Source: Lama guanicoe (taxonomy: Eukaryota). Taken from it: a DNA stretch of 64,000 bases. This document shows, piece by piece, positions 26,971 through 40,884 of the stretch; the stretch's first letter is position 1; each line of letters opens with the position of its first letter. The notes below the pieces were generated by a model, which was not told where the DNA came from, searched no databases, and saw only the letters and a program-made list of their open reading frames with translations. A program made the translations under genes and the position numbers. The stretch lies in contig MU053934.1 of assembly GCA_013239625.1 (NCBI GenBank), forward strand, positions 5,660,399 through 5,724,398. The letters run 5' to 3'.

Positions 26971-29900
26971 ATCAAAGTTGTTATAGATGTGAGAAGCTAA
27001 GGAATTCTAAGTACTAAACAGTATTATTAAATCTAAACTCAAACAAGTTAGGATGCATAAAAAAATTAGAAAACATAGTCATGGACAAAATGATTAATAG
27101 CTTTCACTTATTGGGCCCCTTTTATGTGTTATATAGTAATAAAAACTGTTTTACTTAAGTAATTTTTATTAATGTTCACAGAAACCTGTGAGGTTATTGA
27201 CATTTAACAAATTAGAATCAGAGTTAACTAAACTGAATCTTAAAATAGAGGTTTTTGTATCTAATCTATAAATCAATGAGTGACATTTGGGAAGTCATTT
27301 AACCAAACAATCCCATAGTTTCTTCATAATGGGGTGGTTGGAGGTCATATTAACATTTACATTACACTAAATATTTACCATAATGAAAAGTTAGAAATAA
27401 TGCAAATGTCCATTAATTATGGAATACTCATATGATAGAGTATTTTATATTAAAAAACCCCAATGATTTCTCAAGTCTTTTTAATGACATGATATAGTGG
27501 GTATCTGATGTTCTGGGCCACACAGCATCATTCCCTTTTCCTAAGGGTAGGCTGATTTTCTTTACCTCTTCCCATGGTGCACAATCTTGTTAGGTTGGTA
27601 CATCCTGGTGCCCACTCTCCACTACAACAGGTGAGCTCCTGAAGGCTAGACCTTTCCTTTTCCCACCTGTTACAAACAAGGGGTGGGCACATGACCTTGA
27701 ACAAAGCTAACAAGGACTCTCTCAAACTCTGAATCTTGAGCAGAATGCTGTAGGGGCAGAAGAAACAAGATCAGAATCCACTGATCCTAGACACTTCGAA
27801 TGCTTCAGAAATCTTTTTGGAGGCTACTGGTTCATTCCTAGTCCAAGTCTTCAGCCTCCCCACTGATCCTGGGAACTCCCAAAGAGCCTGTCAGTCAGCT
27901 TCCATTTTGTTAAATCACTCAAAGTCTGTTTCTCCAGCTTGCAACCAGAAAACCCTAAATGTCACACATGGGAAATGCTTTATATCCTGAAACAAACACA
28001 CCAAGAAAACCCAGGATGTGACACTCTAGTCAACAACAATAATAAACAACAATAAAAAAATAACCTATTTGTATATAAACACAGAGAATGAGGAAGATAC
28101 AACCATTTCTTGACATGTACTGTTTCTGATAAACTTTAACCCAAGCTTCTTGGTGTAGTACATGAGGCTCTCCAACTTCAGTCACACTCTTCTGCTCATC
28201 TCCTACCTTTTACACCAGCTAAGCTGAAGGTCCCTGAATACTGACTTACACACTACAGCCGTTGAACACACTTCTTGCTCTGGCTAAAAGTCTACTGCCC
28301 TCTTATTTCATTTTACCTAGCAAACTTCAACTCCTTCTTCAAGACCAGGTCTAAATATGTCAACCTTGGGGGCTTCCCATCACCTCCACAGGTACAGCCC
28401 ACCACTTCTTTCTAGGTACCACCAGGGTCTTGTCCACACTTAGGAAGAGTTCCTGAGGAGACGGGCTCTTCCACTGACCTTTCTATCCAGAAGGGCTTGT
28501 GCCCAAGGAAATACATGTGATAAGCAGCAAAGCTGAGATTTGAACTCAGGCAGTCTGGTTTCAGGGTCTACACTTTTAACCACTTGTTATGAAGGGCTTG
28601 TACAGAAAATCATCAGGTTCTATTTGGTTTCTATTTCTAAAAGGCAGGTAGTGAGTCTACACGGTAAAAAGTCTACTGTACTGTTAAGTGTATGAGCTAC
28701 AGAGTCATACAGTTGCACCTAATTTTCTCTTTTGTTATCAGCTGGAGAAAAGGGCTCTGAATAAGACTTCTTACAGAATTCTAAGGACTGGAGTGTCTGG
28801 GTTTTGAATCACAGAACAATAATAGGTAGAGTGGAAGGAGAACTCTTCCATATTTCTGTATGACTTGAATTTTTAATAGTCAGCATTTATTCAATGAAAT
28901 GTAATTTTTTAAAACAAATTATGTAATTTCATTTTTTTTTAATTTTCAAATAACCAGTAGGGAAAAAAGAAGTCCCAAGGAAGTTACTGATTAATTATTA
29001 TCATTATACTTCTAAAGTTTGTTTCAGCATCTAATTGCCCCAATCTCACTTTCCAAATTCTAGACTAAAAAAATCTTTTAATTACAAATGTATATTTCTA
29101 CAAATAAAATCTACCTTTCAAAGCTAATCTAATAGTCAAAAATATAAAATTATAAATCTAATTATACTCAAAATTTTGAGAATTATGTACACGTGAGGCT
29201 ATTAATTATATTATACAATAGTCATCAACTGGAGATAAAGCATTCTCCTGAAACAGCACAATTCTGTTTTTCAAATACTTGAGTTTATCTGCAATTAACA
29301 CCAAAGTGTGCCATAAAATACTCAAAATATTTTAATTTTTAAAGAGTGTGTGTGTGTCTATAAAACACAACACCACACTCGAGGGGAGAAAGTGTAGAAC
29401 TTGGAAGGAAGTGAATAAGCAAATATGAAACTTGTCAACTCAAAAAGGTTGTAAATCCACATCTTAAATAATGATCCAACAATCTTTTGGAGAGAAGTAG
29501 CAACTAACTACTCCAGGCAATCTTGGCGTTTATACAAAAGACACAAAGCTGGCGAGGGAAATGGCCAGGTTTCGGACCCAGGCTGCCTGGCTCAAGTCAG
29601 GCTCTCAGGCAATCAAGTGCTCTCACTATGCTCTCCTTGATCACATCAAAGCTCTGGTTGAACATCACAGTTGGGACATGTAATTAAATATGAGGGATTA
29701 CCACAATACTATACCATTAAAAGCAATGCAGTTTTTCTCATCAAATTTATCATCAAATGTAGTAACATTTTTGTGGTTAAATTTTTTTCCCTTTGGTGGC
29801 AACCAGAAGAAAGCAGGGAGGGTCCATGTTGTATGGTTTATCCTTAACACAGAAATTTGAAAAAGAGTTTGAGAACCATTCTTCAGCATGATAGCTCAAA

Positions 29901-30184
29901 CAAACAGCAAAACACAATGCAATTTCTCATTCAGGCATGTGCTAGGAACAGTACTGCCCTGAGGGGAAGTAAGAGAAAAAAATTATTCTTACACGGAAGT
30001 ATATCTATTAGATAATCTAACATAGATTACGGGAGAAAGAAAAACCATTGCAAATTCAGGGTGCATAATTTTAAGCAGAGCTTTTAACAAGAGAAAACAA
30101 GCAACAAGGAGAGGAAAAAATAGAAATGTCTTTGCAGGTTAAATAGAGATATACTACCTCTACCCCCCAGTCACTATAGCAAGT

Positions 30185-30391
30185 CTCAGAAAACTATAGC
30201 CCAACGGCCAGGTCTAATCCACTGCCTGGTTTTGTAAATAAGATTTTAGTGAAACACAGTTCTGTGCATTCATTTACTTATTGTCAATGGGTGCTTTCAA
30301 ACTATCATGACACTATTGAGTAGCTTCTCCAGAGACCATACACCTAAAATACTTACCATTCTGCCTCCTTAAAGAAAAAGTTTGCCAACCT
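30185..30391. mobile_element. MER58-like hAT MITE
   Basis: aaactatagccc...ttttgtaaataag...aagaaaaagtttgccaacct. Confidence 0.75.
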
Positions 30392-30689
30392 TTATTTTAT
30401 TTCTTTCATAGAACTTAACACTATCTAAAATTATTTATATTTTGATTACTCAATTATTGTCCGACTGCCCCATTAGAATGCAAACTTCACTAAGAAAATG
30501 ACTGTTTTCCACTGTATTTCTAGCACCTAAAACAGTGCCTGGCACGTAGAAAGCACTCAGTAAAGATGTTGAATAAATGGCATTTATTAAGAGAAAGAAA
30601 GGAAAACAAATATTTCCTTTCCATTCTCTCTACATGCACTCCAGCTATTTAACCCACCAACCTACCAAAACAGGTCTTCTCAGTTAGCC

Positions 30690-31540
30690 ATTGGATTTAT
30701 CATGTTGATAAATATGTGAATCAATTCAAAGGTTAATTCTCAGTCCTCATCTTATTTGACTCATCAGCAGCATCTGAGCCAGTTGGTCTACACCCTTCTC
30801 CATGTCAGTTTTGCACACCACCTTTTCTTGGTTGTCCTTCTACCCTACTGGCCCTTCCTTAGTCTCCTTTGCTGATGCTATATCAGTTCCCCAATCTCTT
30901 AATGTTGGCATGCTCCAAGGCTAAGTCTTTGAGACTTTTCTCTCAGTCCACACTCATTTCTTTGGTGAGCTCATCTAGTCTCATAACTACTCTTAGGTAT
31001 TTCAAACTTAACTAGTCAAAAACCCAAACCAAACTCCTCATTTTTCCCCTCAAAGTTGCTCCTTTACAGTCTTCACCGTATCAGTAAATAGGAATATTAT
31101 CCTTTGAGTTGCTCAAGCCAAAAGCTCTTGGGAGTCATCCAACTTTCATTCTGTTATACCCCATATCCAATCTACCATCAAAACCTGGTGGCTCTAACTC
31201 AGAAATATATTCCAGGTTAATGATCACTTCTCACCGCCTCCACTGCTACCATCCTGGTTCCCTGATAGTTTCCCTGCTTTTGTCCTTGCTCCCTTACAAT
31301 CTTTTCTAAAGAGAGCAACCAGGGTGATCACGTTTAAAATGTAAATCAGCAAGTTACTGCATATTCAAAACCTCTAATACCTAGTTACCTATTTTTTACA
31401 CTGAGTTAAGTCTCACACAATTTGGTCCCTGAAGCCTATTTGTCTCTTTGTTCCCTCCACTCCAAACACATAGGCCTTCATGCCGATCCTAGGGCATGTC
31501 AAGCAGGCTTCCATTTCAGTGACTTTACACTGGCTGTAAG
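30690..31540 (+). mobile_element. L2 fragment
   Basis: L2-like motifs (ttctcagtcctcatcttatttgac..., ttgctcaagccaaaagctcttgggagtcatcc); boundaries approximate. Confidence 0.65.
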
Positions 31541-32262
31541 GCTCTTCTGGTCTAATTGAATGAACCAAGACTCCTTAATCAGGTACTTCCATGAGCTAGT
31601 CACATACCTGTGAGGTGGGTGTCAATACCCCCACCTTACAGATTAGTAAAGTGAGGTTTACAGGCCACCTATCTAACACATGATGGAGTTGGGGTTCAAC
31701 TCCCATTAGTTGCACAGAACACGAGCTCTCAGTGCAGTTTTGGGGGCCTTAGGAGGAGAGGATTCAGTGATATTCCTCTGAAGTCCCAATGATTTCAGGT
31801 GCATACTCACAACTAGAGAAGGATGTGAGAAGGGCAGTCAGAGAAGATGACAAGAACCGGAAGAGGAAGTTACTCAGACCAAAGGTGGAAAGTTTCAAGG
31901 AAAAGGGAGTGGTGTCAAATGGAAGTGAGGCAACCAGAAGCCCAAGAATCACATTCCTCACAGTAAACCACACCTCTGTAGACAGCAATTCTGACCTTGA
32001 TTTTTAAGAATAATAATAGTAAAAGAGGTATCTTCTGCCAATTACATTGGCCAGGGGTATCCCCACAAGGTATTGCCACTTGTCTGCAGCAGGTGTATGA
32101 AAACAGGCTGTAGTTAAGCACGCGATTAAACAACACAGCTTCACACCTAGGTTTTCCTCTAGCCCAGTTAGACAAACTGTGTGTACGGTGCGGGTGGAGT
32201 AGGAGAATGATTGTCCTTTACATTTCAGAAAGCAAAGAAAACCGCAATTATCTTCTTCCTGA

Positions 32263-32392
32263 CCTCCGGTGGGTGTGTGGGACCACCGCTGCCTACATCC
32301 CAGATATTCTGAGGCCAGAGCGGTGGCCTCCGGTGGGTGTGTGGGACCACCGCTGCCTACATCCCAGATATTCTGAGGCCAGAGCGGTGGCC
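32263..32392. repeat. Perfect 64-bp tandem duplication
   Basis: 32263-32326 is identical to 32327-32390. Confidence 0.97.
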
Positions 32393-32601
32393 GGAGGGCG
32401 GAGGGTGAGTGTCGGCCCTCACCCCAAATTCTTCCAGTAACTTTTCGCCTATGCCCCATTTCTCTTCGTCCCGCAGTCACGACAGGACACTCCAACCCAC
32501 AAGTTCTCTTTCTCATCCCCACCCCTCAGTCACATCCCGGGTCTGGACCCAGAGAAGCCCCACACCCCGCAAGTAGCCCGGGCGTGAAAACCCCGCCTCA
32601 C

Positions 32602-32655
32602 CACGGCTCCTGCCACGGCGTGGACCAGGCTTTCGTAGGACAGCACGGAAGCCAT
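32602..32655 (-). CDS. SLC25A17: SLC25A17 coding exon 1
   Basis: 54 nt, MASVLSYESLVHAVAGAV; ATG 32653-32655, GTGAG donor at 32597-32601; intron 1 ~18.6 kb. Confidence 0.98.
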
Positions 32656-35600
32656 AGGTGCGGTTCCCCGCAGACCTCGCCACAGTTTTCCAGCAGGAGC
32701 AGCAGCCAACGGAATGAGTAAAGAAGCGCCGGAGACCTGGGCGACAGCGTCACAAGCTCCACCCTCACAGGCCCGCCTCCAGAACAACAACTTCCGGGTC
32801 GCAGGAAGCCTAGTCTCCCGGCGGAAGGCCGCAGAGGAGGGATGAGAAGGCGGGCCTGGGAACGCCCCCTGCCTCTCATTGGCCCCCGGGGCTTGGGCGG
32901 GGCGGGGCAGTGGAACAGCCGGAAATGCGGTACCCACGGGTCAGGCCGGAGTTCGCTCGCGTTGCCGGGACGTGGGCACCCGTGCTTCACACCTACTCCA
33001 ACGCTGGGGACTTCAGGAAACCTACACAGACGCCTTTTTCTCCACTTCCGTAAATGGCGAGCGGAAAACAAGCAAGATAAGGGAACTCAGGTCTCTGTTT
33101 CTCTGAGACTTAACTGGTTCTTTTCTCTTGCGAATTGTTTGTCACATTTTAGTCAAAAGGAAATAAATGTTGATAGGCCTAGGTTCTCCCCTCTGAAAAA
33201 CTCTGGTAGGAAGAGAACTTGAGCTTCAGATCAAAATGACCATATGCAAGTGGGAACAAACTAGTTGGCAACGAGGAAAATGATTTAACCTCTTGGTTTC
33301 CTCCTTTGTGAAATGACAGTATTAATACCAATAACTCCACTTGCTGTATGGATTACAAAAGTTAATTTTTATGTAAACTACTTTATAAAATACTGAAGAA
33401 AACATTTTTCCATATTCCAAAGTGAAAAACCAAACTACACAGAACTAGAAAAACCACATTCTAGCGACTCACCCAGAACACACTGAGAGACCATGTTTCG
33501 AGGCCTTCAACCTTTTTTACTTGGATACCATAGTCACGTGTCTCCGCCAGTTTCCCTACTAGCAAGTTTACTTCCACACTATTCTTGCTGACAGCTCTTG
33601 AGTGCTTACTACAACCAGGCCCAGTGCTTTACCCCCTTTATGACTTTCACTCCCAGAAGAGGGCCCTAGCAATGTTTACTTGGTCATGTTTTCAAGCAAC
33701 TTGCAGAAAATATTTTAATCGCGATTGCTTAGGACCCCTTTCCACTTAAACTGCCTTTCATTTATGGTGGTGCTACAGTGACCCCAGCTAAATTAAATGC
33801 AACTTGGGGACACAGTTGAATTTACAGATATCTATGTATTAATATAAGTTACTGCTAGACGTCCTGTTGTAGGAATTGCTTCCAGGAACACTACCCCCCC
33901 ACCCCCACCCCAGGGTCATGACATGAAGCTGTGGATCCAAAAGGCAAACGAAGATAGGATTCTGGCATTGAAACAGAAATCTGTCCGGTGCTTACATTTA
34001 AGCAGTGGACACAGCTCTCATGGACTCCTAATTAAATTGGAAGCTCTCTCAAGAACTGGATCACGCAGCATACAGATTTAGAAACATATTTTATGGATAC
34101 TTCCCCTTTATGATGGTGACTCAACCCGATTTGATTTATCAGAACTCTGATTCATAGGGCATGACCTAGCACAGATGACATGTCCCTCTGTGTGAAATCT
34201 TTTGCATCCCACCTATCAAAAATATTTTAATCAAGATGGAATTTTCTATTCTACCAGACATTGTTAAGTCATGTACTCAAGAGTAGGCAACAGCAAACGT
34301 AGCAGTTACACACATACATCATTTAACAAATGAAACTATCTCCATAGTTGTGATGTTTGAGATTATTTACAATCTCTAATTATCTTTTCTTTCTTGCTGT
34401 AAACACTTTTACATCTCAGTATTCCTAATTTTAGTTTTTCTTAGAGGGCCCCTTGAATTATGTAAGCATGAAGTCCCACACTACAGAAACATAAATGAAT
34501 GATCATTCTGTTCACACACGTCATCAGTATGAGTTAGAACCTAGCCAAAACTGATCATTTCATGTTTCTACACTAGCATATTTATAGTCCAAATACTTAC
34601 ACCTCAACCTGAAAATGTCCTAGTGACCTGAGTAAACTACTTAAGGATATCCTAATTATATACAAGATACCTGGATTTTCAGAGCTTAAACACAGGTTTG
34701 TATTAGTTCCATTTGCCTCCTTGCTACTCTGAGCCACCTAATACTTAGAATCCATAGTTTTAGAACTTTTGCCAACTCAATATGCCTTAGTCATTTTAGA
34801 TTTGACCTTTTTGAAGTTTAACAACTATCGTTCTATTTGCCTATTAACTTTAAGGAACTCACCCCACCCTCAAAAAGAAACTACATGTACTCCATTTGAA
34901 GTATGCTATGTTAGTTGTAAATATTGGTATTGAACTTCTAAAGCTACTACACTGTAACTTTTTAAACTAGTTTTTTCTTGTCCCTCTTACTGAGCCTGTC
35001 ACAAGTGGACTAAGCACTTCAATTATGCTATGTCTCTATTAGAAGCCCCAGTGGATGTGCACATAGGTACACCCAATATGATACCACTGTGTGACAGAAC
35101 TTATTTAACTAATGCCCTTCAAATGTACAGTTGGGTTTTCAATTTCTTAACATGAACAAGAAGCAACCCTGTACACAGGGAGAGACAGCAGAGCATAGAA
35201 TTTAGGAGGAACACATTTGAAGTCACAAGCCTGAGGAGAATCTCAGCTCCACAAACCATTAACTATGTTGTCCCAGGCACTTCACCTAAGTGCTTGAGTT
35301 TCCTCATCTATATAAAGTGGGGACAATTACTCACCCCTGTGGTCATTATTAGAAGCAAGTCAACACTTGCAGGATGATTACAAAGTGCTTGGCCCAGATT
35401 GAGTACTACTCACCTGATACTTGTGCCTATGTGGGTGTGCTAATTTTAGATATTAGTAAATCTCAAATGATTCTCCCTTATCCCATTAGGCCAGCATTTT
35501 CTACTGCAGTAGGCTGCTAGTTGTTACTCTGAGTCTTCTCTCCACATCTCTGTAGTACTAACTTTTTGTTGGGCACACGACTTACTTCCTAGCTTTACTT

Positions 35601-35925
35601 GTAGCTAAGTATCATCTCAATACAAAACAAAGCTGACCAATGGGATGAGGACAGAATGCTGATTCCATGTATAGCATCAGCATCTCAACATACACTTCCC
35701 TGGTGCCCTCTCCTGTTTTTTCAGGCTGGAAGATAAGCACCAGAGCAAACATCTTTGGACACAGAAATGGAAGCTCCATTCTGAGTACAGGAGAACTGCT
35801 TCCCTTTGTACTACTACCTGACTTTACTTAGGCTAGTATATTTTTAGGGGTCCTTGTTACCAACACTTCGTAATCTATAAAGTCTACTGTGCTCAGTAGA
35901 TACCTTAGGATGAGTGACAGAGACC

Positions 35926-35952
35926 AAAAAAAAAAAAAAAAAAAAAAAAAAA
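35926..35952. repeat. A27 homopolymer (U-rich on the ST13 strand, downstream of the distal poly(A) signal)
   Basis: Seen directly. Confidence 0.95.
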
Positions 35953-35999
35953 CAGCTGGGGGAAAAAAAGGGTGGTGGTGGTGGTGGGAAGAGTCAATA

Positions 36000-38148
36000 T
36001 CCAGTTTGAAACCACTTTATTTTTCACATAGCTAGAAATATCCAGTAACTATATATTTTTAAGCAGAAAAAAACTCCTTTACTTTTTTCCTTCTTATAGC
36101 ATTAATATAGCACAAGAAAACATTTCTGGCTTAGAAATGATACTAAGTTTCTACAAAAATGAAGACTATTTTGTTTTTGTGAAACTTAAAGTCTAAAAGC
36201 ACAGGACACATTTTCAGAAGCCCAATTTTACTTTTACCCACTTATGGTAATAATTAGGTAATATGTAGTTCAGTAAATAAAATAAAGAATCCAGAAGCAG
36301 CTGGTCTAGAGTTGTTCACAGCACACTGGAAATTTTGAGAAACGAGAACACACATTAACAAAAAGAACACCAGCAAGCTCAAACGCAAGTTTATATGCTG
36401 AGTTATTTTTAAAGGGTTAAAGAAGCATGCTCAACCAGCATACAGCTTTTTCTTATAGATGTTAACAGATGCATTTCTATTTGCTTGTGTACAGGAAAGG
36501 GGAAGAACCTGAATCAACTTAGGATTTCAGAAATGTATTCCATGGAATTTACTTCACTGCTCCCACCACTGATTCTTGAAATAAGCAAAGTACAAAGGGT
36601 CTCATCCCTTGAAATTGCTTTTAAACATTAGCACTTTACACTGAAATAAAACAAGCAGAAACCTAGCAATTCCTACTACAGTGCCTGGACTTACGGTCTT
36701 GTTTACTATAAGAACTGGATGTACAACAGATAAATACCATTTTCTTTATCCTTGAAGGAGAGGAAAGGAGAGTAAAAAGAGGTGGGACATGGTTGCAGAA
36801 TTTAAGAGCTGAATAGAACAATGAATCTTTCACAATGCTAACAACTCCACAATAAAGAACCACTGTGAATCTCATCAATTTTTAAATTCATGCTGGATTA
36901 AGAAGTTAGTTTCCCTTCTATGTGTATCAATTAGTTCAAACCTCATATTCTCCAAAATGCAAAGATTAATACTACAAGATAAACTCTAACTACAGTATTT
37001 CTTAAATAGGAGACCAAATACCAAAGGGAATTCTTTCTTCCAACATTTTTTGATCTGTTAAGATTTCACTGAAGTGGAAATTTAATACTTAAATATGAAA
37101 TCTCTTGGCCAAGTAAGAAACTATAGCTATTAGGGGCATAACCCTGCATAAGTCACTATATATATATTATATAGTAAATTAAACCCAGCATTAGATATGC
37201 TTGCACAATTATGCTGTGAATGATGATAGCAGAAATGATGCCAGAGGAAAAGGACCATCTGCAGCCCAAGAAAAGTAAGGGGGAAACAGTGAAAACAAGT
37301 AGAAAGCAGACAAAGAGTTGAGCATTTTCTGATCTGAAAATGACATTTTAAACAAAGAAATATAAAAAGTATTCTCTTATTTCCCCTATGTGGAAATAAT
37401 ATGAAACATTTATTTTAGATATCAAGACAAGAACAGAGCTAAGTAATTCAATTTTACTGCATTATAAAAATCATCCCTTCACCATAGTGTAAGATTTAAA
37501 TGCATCTGCACAAGGGTACATATTGTATAAAATGTAGTAAGATTGCTGCTGCCCTGCCAAGTACTTCCAGTCCCTACCCAGATCCTACTGCAATACTGGT
37601 GGTCCCAATAGTTTTATGGAAGCAAATCATAAAATAATAATAATAATAATAGTAATAAAGCAAACCAAATAAAAAGACAAACCAAAATGCCTGTTACCAT
37701 ATATCCAACTCAAACTTTATCTATTTAAATGTTATATTTGCCTCCCAGTAATAAATCTTTGTTTCACTCAAACTTGAACAATACATCTTCCATACTGATG
37801 TATCTTCCTTGCCTAATTAATTCAAAGAAAAAACCAAAATGATTACTAAAGAAAAATGTAGGGATTAACACAACCTTTTAATTTGTTTTAAATATTTTTA
37901 AGGTTTAAAAATTGTTTAAAGTTTTTAATTCCTAGTAGGAAAACATTATCTGAATGAGTATCCTAATGGCAAACCACTGTAAAATGCTTCAGCTGCATTT
38001 GGGGCAGAGGGGTAGGGATTATCTTCAAAGCACCCCAGCTTCCTTCACGAGAAGGTCAGAGGTACACTGGTTTGTATTATTGCGACATCCATTAGGTGAT
38101 CTAAAGTAGCTTTTCCTTCAGCGAGGGCTGTTATTTGTCAGAAGGGCA
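36000..38148 (-). other. ST13: ST13 3'UTR (approximate)
   Basis: AU-rich sequence without recognisable repeats between the stop and the distal AATAAA; alternative signals ATTAAA 37877-37882 and AATAAA 37409-37414. Confidence 0.7.
36016..36021 (-). terminator. ST13: Probable distal ST13 poly(A) signal AATAAA
   Basis: tttatt on plus; ~2.1 kb after the stop; U-rich elements downstream on the minus strand. Confidence 0.7.
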
Positions 38149-38277
38149 TTATGCTTGACCTCCAAATTTGGCTGACAATTTACTGATGAGATTCATAACC
38201 TTTGGGTTGCTCTGATATTTTGACATATTGGCTGGGTTCTGGGCCACATCCTGGAAGGCCACCATAACTTCTGGATC
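38149..38277 (-). CDS. ST13: ST13 coding exon 12 (STI1/DP domain end, stop)
   Basis: 129 nt, [44 protein letters not shown] 38278-38279; TAA 38149-38151. Confidence 0.98.
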   Translation of the reverse strand, partial: DPEVMVAFQDVAQNPANMSKYQSNPKVMNLISKLSAKFGGQA

Positions 38278-38669
38278 CTGCAAAGAAAGGTATACATAAA
38301 TTTTTTAGTAATAAAAAAAAAAATGTTCTATGGGTCAACAAGTTTATTAACCTAAATCCTATCTCTTCATTTAGACCTATAATTTTGTTATGGCCAAGTT
38401 AACTCAGGTTTGGACAGGTCACCAAAGTGTAAATATTAATGTGCACTTCAAAGTCAAACTCAATTATGTCACTTTAGACAATGAAAAAGAGGACATAATT
38501 TTTATACAAAGGACAACTGGATATAATTACCAACTACTACAGAGTATTCCCTACAAACCACTTTTTAAAGACTTAAGCTGCTCATTCTGAAAAAAAAGTG
38601 AATGTCACAATTGCATAATTAGCTACTTGGTAATTCAGATCAATAAAACAGGACTAACAGAGTACCCTA

Positions 38670-38936
<267 letters not shown>

Positions 38937-40150
38937 TTATTTCCTTCTGATTAAAATAACATACTCTCTCACGCATGCATGCACAAAGAACAAGGGGGCT
39001 ACTAAACACAAAGTAGTCTGAACACTGTAACTGGATATAACATAATTTTTAAAATCAAATTTTCTCTTAAGAAAATAAGGCTGTATAATTTTTTCCTAGT
39101 AATAAAACTTGAAAAAGAAAACCAGTCTTACAGAGAAAACTAACAGTCCCTTGGAATTATAAAATTAAGAAGTCTAGTAAGTCACATTTTATCCTATCTT
39201 CTCATTCTTTAATATGGTTTGTTTCAATTTAAAGTTAACTCCCAAGAGTTTAGTTTTTTTTTTCCCTTAAAAAATCTATACTCCTCTATAGCAATTATTC
39301 CTTCAAGAACTACCTGAAATGGTTGTTATAAAAAGATACAGATTTTTAGTCTCCACTCCAGAATGAATCAACATTTCTGAAAGTGAAACTGAAAATCTTC
39401 CTTTTTTAACAAGCACCCCTGGTGTTTCTTCTTCACACTGAGAACAATGCTCTAGCAAAAAGGACTTAATTCTCCCAGCATATTTTCAGATTACAAACCC
39501 AAACTATTTTCTACTCAGTTTTTCACTACCATAAGCCTTTATGTCCATTGGAAGTATTCTGAAATCACAATTAACACCAATCTAGTGACATCCTAAAGAG
39601 AAATATATGTAACACTAATGTATTCATTCTACAGATCAAGGGTCACTGCAAGTAAAGGAATTATAACAAAGAAACACATATAACAGAAGTGATTTCCATC
39701 TGTCCCCCAAATTAAAAATGCCCATAAATAACTATCACAGATAAGGAGATGTAAGGAGGCCTGAAAACTTTTCACTTCTACTGTTGCTGCTACTGACTTT
39801 GAAAAACTAGTTTCTACCCATAAAAAATCCACCAGCCCAAGGCAACAATAGTAAGCCAGTCTGCCTGGCAAATATATGTAATAAAATCCACATAACAAAA
39901 AAATTATCTCTAGTACTAGTCCAATTTGCCAAAACAAAAATACCTGACATAATCATTATTTGTAATTTAAACAGAAAGCAAGCTATGAGCTAAAATGTAT
40001 TTTTCTTGCTTTTTCTCCAAGTCATCCCCAAACTATGTTCTTTCTTTTTTCAGTTGTTCAGCATATGACCTTTCAGAATAGAGACTACCTTATCTAGCCT
40101 CTGAACATGTACCTAAAGTTCTAAGCGGGAGCATGAAAGTGTAAGTGGTG

Positions 40151-40213
40151 GAATTTGACACAACATTGTAAAATGATTATAAATCAATAAAAAATGTTAA
40201 AAAAAAAAAAAAA
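40151..40213 (+). mobile_element. Very short young L1 3' tail with 16-bp TSD
   Basis: gaatttgacacaacattgtaaaatgattataaatcaataaaaaatgtt(A)15; TSD gaaagtgtaagtggtg at 40135-40150 and 40214-40229. Confidence 0.88.
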
Positions 40214-40835
40214 GAAAGTGTAAGTGGTGTGTAGCTGACTCTAAACCTTACTTAAGAGAAATCTAGTTACCTTGGGGAAGCTGATTCTCCATTAGAATTA
40301 CAAACTTTAAAAAAGATCTCTTCTAGTGTTTATGTAAAGGCTTCTGCTATCATTTAAGGCTTTGCCTCACTAGAAATTTCTGATCACTTGACATTTGCAA
40401 GGAAGAATATATATTCATTTTACACTGAACTCAAAACATTTTTTGTGCTTAATGATTCCATGCTTTTACCTACTACTCTCATAATATCAGTATATAATAG
40501 AACAAAATTCCATTATGGCAATTTAGGAATACTTTAATACTTAACACTTACATCATAACAAATTCTTAGTCTTTTAATAAAATACAATGCTCAGCCTCAA
40601 AATGTTATCTATTTTTTAAAAACTATACTGCTCATAGTGAGGAAAATAATATATTTTATTTCCAGTAACAAAATCTTTAACAAAAATGAAACTTTCTATA
40701 GGTTAACATTTTTAAGACTCTTCAGTGGTCCAGGGACTAATAGTACTAAATATAATATACATACCTCAGTCTCCAAATCAAAATATTCTCCTATTATTTA
40801 CAATATTAAGAGCTCTAATTTTTCTTTTAAAATAC

Positions 40836-40884
40836 CTGGAAAGGAGCCATACTGAGCTCCTGATTGTCGTCTGGCTTCTTCCTC
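40836..40884 (-). CDS. ST13: ST13 exon 10
   Basis: 49 nt, EEEARRQSGAQYGSFP; AG 40885-40886, GT 40834-40835. Confidence 0.97.

Larger units (their letters stand above)
32250..33070 (-). promoter_or_regulatory. SLC25A17: SLC25A17 CpG-island promoter
   Basis: CpG-rich, no obvious TATA; ETS motifs (acttccgg 32790-32797, acttccg 33044-33050), CCAAT box (attgg 32878-32882), tandem GC boxes 32895-32908, YY1-like aaatggcg 33052-33059. Confidence 0.85.

Noticed and set aside
32263..32392. CRISPR-like or minisatellite array
   Set aside because: Only two adjacent units with no spacers, in a eukaryotic intron
32004..33222. Long ORFs (126-172 aa) around the SLC25A17 promoter
   Set aside because: Stop-codon depletion from high GC content; only the 54-nt exon 1 is supported
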